Assembly (NCBI RefSeq): GCF_006345805.1 | Contig: NC_043021.1 | Span: 27,094,001-27,158,000 of the forward strand | Length of the DNA stretch: 64,000 bases | DNA from: Octopus sinensis | Taxonomy: Eukaryota | Direction: 5' to 3' | Part shown: piece by piece, positions 39,591 through 51,500 of the stretch | How positions within the stretch are numbered: the stretch's first letter is position 1 | How the letters are laid out: each line of letters begins with the position of its first letter | The notes under the pieces: model-generated | What the model was told of the DNA's origin: nothing | What the model saw: only the letters and a program-made list of their open reading frames with translations | Databases searched by the model: none | Made by a program: the position numbers and the translations under genes

Positions 39591-39831
39591 GCGAATGAAA
39601 GACACATTTGATGTTAGTGGTGAGTTCAGAATGAAATGCTGAAAAAAATGCCACTAAGCCTTTCGTCTGAGTGCTTATGATACTGGCTGCTCGCCGACTT
39701 AAAGATAAGCTTAATAAAATTTTAAAATGGTTTCTAACTCTGGCACGAGTCCAGTAAACTTAGGGATGGTTATTTTATCGCCCTCGAATTGATGAATGAC
39801 ACAGTTGACCTGGGCGGAATGAAACCATGTT

Positions 39832-40032
39832 CGGTAAGTACACCGTCATCAGTTCACCGCTGGGAAAGTTCATCGTCGTCAATTCCCCGTTTTTGTTTTT
39901 TTAATATAATAGTCTTTAACTATTAACGGAAAGATACTATCGATGTATTTTCCCGGTAAACTTTTCTAGCAGTGAACTTTCTTCACGGTGAGCTTTCTTC
40001 ACGTTGAATTGATGGCGGTGAAATTACCTGTA
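39832..40032. mobile_element. Foldback/MITE-like element with internally repetitive arms
   Basis: CACCGTCATCAGTTCACCG / CGTTGAATTGATGGCGGTG inverted arms and repeated GTGAACTTTCTTCAC units. Confidence 0.5.
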
Positions 40033-40761
40033 ATCGAGTGAAACACCAAATTTTAAAATGACTAAGTTAATTTACTTTTGAAATCAATTGAAACGAAGGC
40101 AGTGTATTTCAACAGAAACATGATAACAAAAGGGATAAAAAGAAAGAGATTCATAAATGGGGACAGAGGGAGGAAGAAAGAAAGAGAGACAGACTGACAG
40201 AGGGAGAGAGAGAGAAACGTTGGTTAATTTAGTACTCGATGTACTATTCCTATGAATCTATAAAATAGACGATCGAGGTTTGAGTAGCTTTCATCAGAGG
40301 TCTCCTCGATCGGTGTAACAATAGAAGAGACGTGAACCGGATGTCATTCCACGAACAGCAAATAATAAAAACTAACATCAGTGGGCGTTGTGTAATATTA
40401 GTCGAAAGTATTTCAGTCACGTCGATGTGTCGCTTCTTTGAATTTTGCTTTCAAAATCGCTAGGAATTCATCTTTGATACAGGCTCACACATACATACAT
40501 ATGTACACATCTACACAGTTATATACATATTCAAACGTATATACCTATACCCATGTGGATATAAGTATATACATGTGCGTACCACTCTTGTTCATTTTCT
40601 CTCTCTTTCTCTTTCTCCTCCTCTATCTCCCCCTCTCTCTTCTCTCTCTTCTCTCTCTCTCTTCATAAAGATTTCTCCATTCTAACCGAGCGTCAAACTA
40701 ACATCCCTGCTTGATGTTGCCTTACCTCTCTTCGTCTTTTGTTTTTTTTGTAAATTTGAAC

Positions 40762-40792
<31 letters not shown>

Positions 40793-41628
40793 ATGTGTAT
40801 ATATATATATGTGTGTGTGTGTGTATGTATATATATATATATGTGTGTATATATGTATATATATATATGTATATGATGCGCACTCTTAACCTTTCTCTCT
40901 CCCCTTCCCTTTCTCAGCCTTCGTTCTTTTGGCTTTCCTTTTCTTCTACCTTACTGTCTCTCCCTCTCTCTCTCATTCTTCATTCTTTTCTCTACAACCA
41001 TTCCCCTTTTTTCTCTCCCTTTCTCTTACTCCTCCTCCTCCCTCCCGTCGCAGTCACGTGATGAGATGGCTATCTCTGTCTTTCTTCTCCTGACTTCCTC
41101 CAAGTAGAGACGGTAAATCTGTTGCTTCTTGCCGTCTCAAAAAATAGCGTTCGTAAACATTTTTTATCTCGTTTGGCTTAACAGCTCTTCTTGTTTGTGT
41201 TACTGTTATTCTCCGTGTACTGTCTTTTACTGTTTATATTTTGTACTGTCGTTACTGTCCTGATTTTGTTACCATTTTTACCCCTCTGCAAAAAAATCTC
41301 AAATTTTATTTAATTTGATTTTCGCGGGAAGGAAATTTTCATTGAAGTCATGTATAGCCTTGACCTTCGAAACGTGGAGTAGATGAATCTAAGGCGACTG
41401 AAGAAGGGGAATTTTCTTTGTTTTGTATGTCCTGTACGCTATTTTTTCGTTGTTTTAAAAAAATGTCCATTTCCTTGGTTTTGTGTTTATGTTTTCGTTT
41501 CTCATTGTGTTCGACGTTTTTTTTTGGTGTCCTGTGCCCATATATGCATGTATATATACATGTAGAGGTAGGTACGTACATATATGTATGTATATATGCA
41601 TATGTTTATTTATTTATTAATTTATGTA

Positions 41629-41672
<44 letters not shown>

Positions 41673-41751
41673 ATCTATATATATATATATATATATATAT
41701 TAAATATCTATATATATATATATATATATAATATATATAATATATATATAC

Positions 41752-42660
41752 TCTATATACAAGTTCAGCAAAATTTAGATTCAATGAATATGGTACTTAA
41801 GTCAGATGCACCAGAATTTTGTACGGTGTTATACATAAAATCCATGGGGTGATTATAATCAAAATAAGCAACAAGAAATGTCTTCGGTAATTTGGTAGGA
41901 TCGTTTCACGCTACAATCACTTTATTAATAAAATGATGTAGCGTGAAACGATCGTACCAAATTACCTAAGATATTCTTGTTGCTTATTTTGAGTATATAT
42001 ATAATGTGTGTACTTACGTACGCCGCCTCGAAATTGCGAGGATAATCTGGTGCTTGATTGAGAAAGAAAACTTCGAATGACCCGTCCTTGTTTTCTTTGT
42101 ATCGTCCTATCTTGGTGTTTTGTTGTCCCTTTTTTCCCTTTTTGTATCACCTAGCTGTCCGATGTTTTGCGTTCTTGTCTCTCATTTTGTATTATATATA
42201 TATATATATATACATCTATATACAAGTTCAGCAAAATTTAGATTCAAATGAATATGGTACTTAAGTCAGATGCACCAGAATTTTGTACGGTGTTATACAT
42301 AGAAATCCATGGGGTGATTATAATCAAAATAAGCAACAAGAATGTCTTCGGTAATTTGGTAGGATCGTTTCACGCTACATCACTTTATTAATAAAATGAT
42401 GTAGCGTGAAACGATCGTACCAAATTACCTAAGATATTCTTGTTGCTTATTTTGAGTATATATATAAATGTGTACTTACGTACGCCGCTCGAAATTGCGA
42501 GGATAATCTGGTGCTTGATTGAGGAAAGAAAACTTCGAATGACCCGTCCTTGTTTTCTTTGTATCGTCTATCTGGATGTTTTGTTGTCCCTTTTTCCCTT
42601 TTTGTATCACCTAGCTGTCCGATGTTTTGCGTTCTTGTCTCATTTTGTATTATATATATA
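41752..42660. repeat. Direct duplication (~464-bp period), each unit containing a ~130-bp palindrome, PLE-end-like
   Basis: Units start CTATATACAAGTTCAGC at ~41752 and ~42216. The palindrome (41860-41991) includes AGCGTGAAACGATCGTACC. Shares sequence with 29060-29620. Confidence 0.85.
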
Positions 42661-42753
42661 TATAGATATACATACATACATACATACACATACACCCACA
42701 CACACACACGCACACACACACACACACAACACAACACATATATATATTATATG

Positions 42754-42809
<56 letters not shown>

Positions 42810-43410
42810 TTGTGTGTGTGTGTGTGTGTGTTTGAAATTAAATGAATGACAAGGAAATGTAAATTACTACATTAGCTTACACATGTTTTTGGTATGATGA
42901 TGCACAAGCACGCATCTCTTAGTGCACTACGTCTGATAGCAGAAACTGTTGTAAGGCAATAAAGTTGATAACGTAATTCTTGTTCTCTTGTTATCTAACT
43001 TCATATTCTGTTCTGTACTCAACTGACTCTTCATGTTGAAGCATATGTACATACACACATACATGCATACACACACACATGTTTGCGTAATATATAACTA
43101 TATGTGTGTATATGCGTTTGAGTGTGTGTGTGTATTTATGAATGAATAAGATCTTGCGAATGTTTCGTCGATGTTTGTACTAGTTGTTCGATCAATAAAT
43201 CAACTTGCTCATTAATTTATAGAGTACGTCTATATAGGGTAGAAATGACTTGTTCATTGAACTACCGCATAGTGGAATCGATCTCTAATCTTTTTTGCTA
43301 AGAAAAGTCGTTGCAGCAGCCTTTGTTGCAACAGCAACTAACTCAACATGATCATTGCATCACATCAACATAAACAGCCAAATTTCTCTCATAATATATC
43401 TCTGATAAAA

Positions 43411-43820
43411 AGGCAGCGAGCTGGCAGACACGTTAGCATGCCGGGCGATAATACTTAGCGGTATTTCGTCTGTCTTTACGTTCTGAGTTCAAATTCCGCC
43501 GAGGTCGACTTTGCCTTTCGTCCTTTCGGGGTCGATAAATTAAGTACCAGTTATGCACTGGGGTCGATGTAATCGACTTAATCCGTTTGTCTGTTCTTGT
43601 TTGTCCTCTCTGTGGGTAGTAAAGAAATAGGTATTTCGTCTGCCGTTACGTTCTGAGTTCAAATTCCGCGGAGGTCGACTTTGCCTTTTATCCTTTCGGG
43701 GTCGATAAATTAAGTACCAGTCACACACTGGGGTCGATGTAATCGGCTTAATCCGTTTGTCTGTCCTTGTTTGTCTCCTCTATGCTTAAGTTCTTCTGGG
43801 CAATAAAGAAATAAGAATAA
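43411..43820 (+). mobile_element. Dimeric family A SINE
   Basis: A full unit ending GTGGGTAGTAAAGAAATA is directly followed by GGTATTTCGTC (43630) and a second body. Confidence 0.85.
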
Positions 43821-44946
43821 CTGAATCGACTAGACGAGCTCCGGGAAAGAAAACGGAGCGTGTGGAGGGGAACTGTTATGAAAGCGTAAAAAAAAGCAAT
43901 CCTATTACCACAAAACAAAGAAGAGAACACTAAAAATAACAATGTCGGCAACGAATGAATAAATTGGACAAGGTGTCATTAATTCCCGGGAAAATTATCT
44001 GCTATTTAATCCGATTTAGAAGATTGTAGCAAACCACTTATAATCCTCAACAAATTTCACTGTGAAATGCATTAATAAATAATTAATTAAATAAATAAAT
44101 ATATAAATAAACATGCAGCGTTTAAAGGAAGTACGTCAGACGTATAGAATAAAATAGGAACCATGCATTCATGTACATACATACAACATACATACATACA
44201 TACATACATACATACATACTTACGTACATACAAGCATGCATATATATATGTATGTGTGCATGCGTGCGTGTGCGTGTGTGTATTTCGTTGTGTCTATATA
44301 CATGTATGTATATATATCTATTAAACACACACATATACATACATACATACATACATATATATATATATTATATATATATAATATATATATATATTATACA
44401 TACATATATAAACAAGTATAGAGATATACCTGCATATTTTTAGTTTTACACACACATAAACTATAAGTTTATATCTATATATGTATATATCGATAATACG
44501 ATACACATACACATGTACATACGTATAAGCGCATGTGCGTGTAATTATGGTCTACGAGTAAAACTGTCAAATGCTGAAGAGTTTTATGACAATGTCAGTC
44601 TTGTATGTTAACGTCATTTGGCCACTGAGCAAGCAAAAGAAAAAATACCCTCTCCAAAAACAAACGTATTACAATGTATGGTAATTAAATACAATTATTA
44701 TAATTTACTGCGTAATTTATCTACCATAGAGAATTCGTTTTATTGATAAACTAAATAGATATTATCTGTTGCGGTAGTTAATTTTAGATGTAAATTGATA
44801 AGCTTAAAAAAGGATTATCTGCATAAAATCTGTGTTTTATTTCTATCTGTTTGCCTGTCTGTTTATCTATCTGAATTTATTCTTTTTACAGCATTTGTAC
44901 TTACCGCGTTTATGCACGCATTTGTCCGTGAGTGTGCGTGAGAATC

Positions 44947-45013
<67 letters not shown>

Positions 45014-45014
45014 A

Positions 45015-45061
<47 letters not shown>

Positions 45062-45991
45062 TAATGTTTCACTTACGCATAACGATATTCGTAAGCTGAT
45101 ATTAGAATTCTATATACGTATGCTTCAGAATAAAACGTTGACTATGAAGTGTAATATGAAATTAAACAAATGAGGAAGGAATAATAAATTATGCGATAAA
45201 ATTCATTAGCTTACAGTTGTTTCTGCGAAACCTTTTAGTGTTTCCAGCTTAGATTGAAACAGGGAAAATGTGTATTTCACAATTATGTGTATAATTTTAC
45301 GTATACAAATACAAACAGTTGCCTGTAGAAACAGACACGTACCTTGTCCCCCCCCCCCATATATATATATATATATATACTCACATATGAAGACATTCAT
45401 TCTTTTAGACATATCAGTTCAGAATTAAGGATACATAAGGAAATATGCATATAAATGTATATATGCACCCATATATATGTATGGACATATAATAAAATAG
45501 ATAAAGAAATATAGTACAGTTAACTTGCACATGCAGGAGTGAAAAATCCGAAGTTTCGGAGAGTTCATTAGGGAATAGTTGACGGGAGAATAATTAATGA
45601 GAAACGGCAGAGTTATTCTAACTTAGAGGAAGTAAAACTCTTCTGTCTCTCACTATTTCCATCCAAGTTAAATTTTCACCGACAAAGGAAATTACTTCGA
45701 AACGTTCGATTTTCCAATCTTCACAGGAAATTCTCTATATTGTTTTCTTCAATTTTAGTAAACAATACAAGTTTTACCGACGCAGACTAACACCAGTATG
45801 TTTGGAGATTGTTTGATCATGTATACATACACACACACACGCGCGCACACACACAGACACAAATGTATCCTCATTGTGCATGCATACATAAATGTATTCA
45901 TATGTGAAAGTATATATATATATATATATATGTATACATATATACGTGTATGCGCATATATACATATATTTACATACATGTATACACATAT

Positions 45992-46024
<33 letters not shown>

Positions 46025-46093
46025 CATACATATATACATATATATACATACATACATATATATACATACATTATATATATATATATATATATC

Positions 46094-46125
<32 letters not shown>

Positions 46126-46395
46126 GTTAATCAGATATGAAAACACAAAGAGAAACACACAACGTGAGGACGTGGAACAAGTATAGTGTTATTGGACGCT
46201 CAGGAAAGGTAAGAAACGAAGACTGATTTATCGTTTCGAGCGGAGCTCTTCGTCATAAACTAGGAAAGAAAATCTTCAAGGAAGGGAAGACGGAGGAAAA
46301 AAATCGCCAACGGTACACACGCAGTCACATTTTAAATGAGATATAATACATACATACATACATGCATACACATAAATATATATTATATATATATA

Positions 46396-46442
<47 letters not shown>

Positions 46443-46696
46443 TATGTATATATATATATAAGGGGTATTAGCCATCTGAATGGCTAATACCCCTTACGTT
46501 GTCGAGAGCGGTTGCTGTTTATATCTCGTTTAGAGATTTATTATTGTTATATATATATATAATATATATATATATCAACAATCAAGGAACGGCCATAATA
46601 GGCCATTCACCCACTAGAAATAACAGCCAAAGCTTCAACCGCAAATAAAAGTCAATTCCGTAAACAGGAGAAAATTTAAAAAACATTTACCCTGTA

Positions 46697-46801
46697 ATTT
46701 CTTATACGATGCACCGTTTCGTCTGCTGTTTAATGGTAAACAACCTGATTAATTAAATCAAGCCAATCTTCCATAGGCCCTCAGATTCTTCAGTAAGAAA
46801 T
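46697..46801 (-). ncRNA. Type I hammerhead ribozyme (unit 1)
   Basis: ATTTCTTA CTGAAGA ATCTG...CAGAC GAAA CGGTGCATCG TA TAAGAAAT: perfect 8-bp stem I, intact core boxes, near-palindromic stem III and a GUA cleavage triplet. Confidence 0.75.
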
Positions 46802-47190
46802 GCCACAAGTCGGAACAGATATTTTCACGAGGCATTTCCGACCCTGCCAAGTTAATATCTGACCTAAAATTTTCAAATCATCGCACTCGCGCCAAATTTA
46901 TCGGCAGCAAATAAATATAAGCCGTCGATTCCATTACGGAATTAACCAGAAAATTCATATTATCAATATAGGGTGGCAAAAATTTTGTATGAATTTTTTT
47001 TGCCACCCAAGCGGCCTAGTGGGAAAAAATTAAATAGTCATAGACCATTTTTAAGTTCAACATCACCAATCAAGGAACGGCACCATAATAGGCCATTCAC
47101 CCACTAGAAATAACAGCCAAAGCTTTCATCAATCACAAATAAAAGTCAATTCCGTAAACAGGAGAAATTTTAAAAAACATTTACCCTGTA

Positions 47191-47295
47191 ATTTCTTATA
47201 CGATGCACCGTTTCGTCTGCTGTTTAATGGTAACTAACCTGATTAAATTAATCAAGCCAATCTTCCATAGGCCCTCAGATTCTTCAGTAAGAAAT
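47191..47295 (-). ncRNA. Type I hammerhead ribozyme (unit 2)
   Basis: Same motif as unit 1 with a perfect stem I. Confidence 0.75.
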
Positions 47296-47677
47296 AGCCA
47301 CAAGTCGGAACAGATATTTTCACGAGGCATTTCCGACCCTGCCAAGTTAATATCTGACCTAAAATTTTCAATCACATCGCACTCGCGCCAAATTTATCGG
47401 CAGCAAATAAATATAAGCCGTCGATTCCATTACGGAATTACCAGAAAATTCATAATTATCAATATAGGGTGGCAAAAAAAATTTTGTAGAATTTTTTTCC
47501 ACCAGCGGCCTGTGGGAAAAAATTAAATAGTCATAGACCATTTTTAGTTCAACATCACAATCAAGGAACGGCCATAATGGCCATTCACCCACTAGAAATA
47601 ACAGCCAAAGCTTCAAAAACCGCAAATAAAAGTCAATTCCGTAAACAGGAGAAAATTTAAAAAACATTTACCCTGTA

Positions 47678-47781
47678 ATTTCTTATACGATGCACCGTTT
47701 CGTCTGCTGTTTAATGGTAAACTAACCTGATTAATTAATCAAGCCAATCTTCCATAGGCCCTCAGATTCTTCAGTAGAAAT
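47678..47781 (-). ncRNA. Type I hammerhead ribozyme (unit 3)
   Basis: Same motif, with one base missing from the stem I 5' arm. Confidence 0.65.
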
Positions 47782-48102
47782 AGCCACAAGTCGGAACAGA
47801 TATTTTCACGAGGCATTTCCGACCCTGCCAAGTTAATATCTGACCTAAAATTTTCAAATCATCGCACTCGCGCCAAATTTATCGGCAGCAAATAAATATA
47901 AGCCGTCGATTCCATTACGGAATTAACCAGAAAATTCATAATTAATCAATATAGGGTGGCAATGCGTATTATGAATGCACACTCACTGCACAAACCAAAT
48001 AATTGTTTCTAGATCGTGATCTCCAGAATCACAACTGTCTAAATGCTGTGCAACCCAAAGTACACTCTGTTGCTGTAATTATTGTTTTCTACCCCCAGAT
48101 CA

Positions 48103-48445
48103 GTGAAGGCGCATGGCTCAGTGGTTAGAGCGTCGAGCTTACGATTGTGAGGTTGTGAGTTCGATTCCCGGACCGGGCTGCATGTTGTGTTCTTGAGCAA
48201 AACACTTTATTTCACGTTGCTCCAGATCACTCAGCTGTAGAAATGGGTTGCGACATCACTGGTGCCAAGCTGTATCGGCCCCTTTGCCTTTTCCCTTGGA
48301 TAACATCAGTGGTGTGGAGAGGAGAGGCCGGTATGCATGGGCGACAGCTGGCTTTCCATAAACAACCTTGCCCGGACTTGTGCCTCGGAGGGTAACTTTG
48401 TAGGTGAAATCCTATGGTCAGTCATGACCGAAGGGGGTCTCCTAT
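48103..48445 (+). mobile_element. Full-length tRNA-derived CORE-like SINE with 13-bp TSD
   Basis: A-box TGGCTCAGTGG, B-box GAGTTCGATTCC and TSD TACCCCCAGATCA at 48090-48102 and 48446-48458. Confidence 0.88.
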
Positions 48446-48572
48446 TACCCCCAGATCAAACACAAGCCAGTAGATATACAACATTCCTATTGTAACTGTC
48501 TGTTGATTTAATGCCTTTTGGACTACATTAGGCACTGAGTCTTCATTCCTTTCTAAGGACGGAAAGGAGTGA

Positions 48573-51500
48573 CTCAACCCTTTCCCTTAACCCTTTCCCT
48601 TAACCCTTTCCCTTAACCCTTTCCCTTACCTTTCCCTAAACCCTTTCCCTCAACCCTTTCCCTTAACCCTTTCCCTTAACCCATTCCCTTAACCCTTTCC
48701 CTTAACCCTTTCCCTCAACTTTTTCCCTTAACCCTTTCCCTCAACTTTTTCCCTTAACCCTTTCCCTCAACCCTTTCCCTTAACCCTTTCCCTCAACCCT
48801 TTCCCTTAACCCTTTCCCTTAACACTTTCCCTTAACCCTTTCCCTTAACCCTTTCCCTCAACTCTTTCCCTTAACCCTTTCCCTTAACCCTTTCCCTTAA
48901 CTCTTTCCCTTAACCCTTTCCCTTAACCCTTTCCCTTAACCCTTTCCCTCAACCCTTTCCCTCAACCAATTCCCTTAACCCTTTCCCTTAACCTTTCCCT
49001 TAACCCTTTCCCTTAACCCTTTCCCTTAACCCTTTCCCTTAACCCTTTCCCTCAACCCTTTCCATCAACCCTTTCCCTCAACCCTTTCCCTTAACTCTTT
49101 CCCTTAACCCTTTCCCTTAACCCTTTCCCTTAACCCTTTCCCTCAACCCTTTCCCTCGACTCTTTCCCTTAACCCTTTCCCTTAACCTTTCCCTCAACCC
49201 TTTCCCTTAACCCTTTCCCTCAACCCTTTCCCTTAACCCTTTCCCTTAACCCTTTCCCTTAACCCTTTCCCTTAACCCTTTCCCTCAACCCTTTCCCTTA
49301 ACTCTTTCCCTTAACCCTTTCCCTTAACCCTTTCCCTTAACCCTTTCCCTCAACCATTTCCCTTAATCTTTTCCCTTAACCTTTTCCCTTAACCCTTTCC
49401 CTTAACCCTTTCCCTCAACCCTTTCCCTCAACCTTTTCCCTTAACTCTTTCCCTTAACCCTTTCCCTTAACCCTTTCCCTTAACCCTTTCCCTTAACCCT
49501 TTCCCTCAACCCTTTCCCTCAACCCTTTCCCTTAACCCTATCCCCTAACCCTTTCCCTTAACCCTTTCCCTCAACCCTTTCCCTCAACCCTTTCCCTTAA
49601 CCCTTTCCCTTAACCCTTTCCCTTAACCCTTTCCCTTAACCCTTTCCCTCAACCCTTTCCCTCAACCCTTTCCCTTAACCCTTTCCCTTAACCCTTTCCC
49701 TTAACCCTTTCCCTCAACCCTTTCCCTTAACCATTTCCCTTAACCCTTTCCCTTAACCCTTTCCCTTAAACCTTTCCCTCAACCCTTTCCCTTAACCCTT
49801 TCCATTAAACCTTTCCCTCAACCCTTTCCCTTAACACGTTCCCTTAACCCTTTCCCTCAACCCTTTCCCTTAACCCTTTCCCTTAATCCTTTCCTTCAAC
49901 CCTTTCCCTTAACCCTTTCCCTTAACCCTTTCCTTAACCTTTCCCTCAACCCTCAACCCTTTCCCTCAACCCTTTCCCTTAACCCTTTCCTTAACCCTAT
50001 CCCCTAACCCTTTCCCTTAACCCCTTTCCCTCAACCCTTTCCCTCAACCCTTTCCCTTAACCCTTTCCCTTAACCCTTTCCCTTAACCCTTTCCCTCAAC
50101 CCTTTCCCTCAACCCTTTCCCTCAACCCTTTCCCTTAACCCTTTCCCTTAACCTTTCCCTTAACCCTCTCCCTTAACCCTTTCCCTTAACCCTTTCCCTA
50201 AACCCTTTCCCTTAACCCTTTCCCTTAACCCTTTCCCTCAACCCTTTCCCTTAACCCTTTCCCTCAACCCTTTCCCGTAACCCTTTCCCTTAACCCTTTC
50301 CATTAACCCTTTCCCTTAACCCTTTCCCTCAACCCTTTCCCTCAACCCTTTCTCTTAACCCTTTCCCTTAACCCTTTCCCTTAACCCTTTCCCTTAACCC
50401 TTTCCCTCAACCCTTTCCCTTAACCCTTTCCCTTAACCCTTTCCCTCAACCCTTTCCCTTAACCCTTTCCCTTAACCCTTTCCCTTAACCCTTTCCCTTA
50501 ACCCTTTCCATTAACTCTTTCCCTTAACCCTTTCCCTTAACCCTTTCCCTTAACCCTTTCCCTCAACCCTTTCCCTCAACTCTTTCCCTTAACCCTTTCC
50601 CTTAACCCTTTACCTCAACCCTTTCCCTTAACTCTTTCCCTTAACCCTTTCCCTTCACCCTTTCCCTTAACTCTTTCCCTTAACCCTTTCCCTTAACCCT
50701 TTCCCTTAACCCTTTCCCTTAACCCTTTCCCTCAACCCTTTCCCTTAACTCTTTCCCTTAACCCTTTCCCTTAACCCTTTCCCTTAACCCTTTCCCTTAA
50801 CTCTTTCCCTTAACCCTTTCCCTTAACCCCTTCCCTTAACCCTTTCCCTTAACCCTTCCCCTCAACTCTTTCCCTTAACCCTTTCCCTCAACCCTTTCCC
50901 TTAACTCTTTCCCTTAACCCTTTCCCTTAACCCTTTCCCTTAACCCTTTCCGTCAACCCTTTCCGTCAACCCTTTCCCTTAACCCTTTCCCTTAACCTTT
51001 CCCTTAACCCTTTCCCTTAACCCTTTCCCTTAACCCTTTCCCTTAACCCTTTCCCTCAACCCTTTCCGTTAACCCTTTCCCTTAACCCTTTCCCTTAACC
51101 CTTTCCCTCAACCCTTTCCCTTAACCCTTTCCCTTAACCCTTTCCCTCAACCCTTTCCCTTAACCCTTTCCATTAATCCTTTCCTTCAACCCTTTCCCTT
51201 AACCCTTTCCCTTAACCCTTTCCCTCAACCATTTCCCTTAACCTTTCCCTTAACCCTCTCCCTTAACCCTTTCCCTTAACCCTTTCCCTAAACCCTTTCC
51301 CTTAACCCTTTCCCTTAACCCTTTCCCTCAACCCTTTCCCTTACCCTTTCCCTCCTCACCCTTTCCCGTAACCCTTTCCCTTAAACCCTTTCCCTTAACC
51401 CTTTCCCTTAACCTTTCCCTCAACCCTTTCCCTCAACCCTTTCTCTGAACCTTTCCCTTAACCCTTTCCCTTAACCCTTTCCCTTAACCCTTTCCCTCAA

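Larger units (their letters stand above)
46578..47962 (-). mobile_element. ~490-bp tandem repeat x ~2.8 with one type I hammerhead per unit (retrozyme/PLE-terminal-repeat-like)
   Basis: Units start CAATCAAGGAACGG at ~46578, ~47067 and ~47558. Hammerhead folds lie on - at 46697-46801, 47191-47295 and 47678-47781. Confidence 0.8.

Noticed and set aside
44569-44620. Hammerhead-like CAAATG-CTGAAGA...AACGTC-ATTTG
   Set aside because: The GAAA box is lost and stem II is not evident, so it is too degenerate to call.
48108-48180. Functional tRNA gene (also 5262-5320 and 18389-18460)
   Set aside because: A and B boxes are present, but there is no proper acceptor stem or T-run terminator and the sequence continues into a SINE body (with a TSD in this copy).
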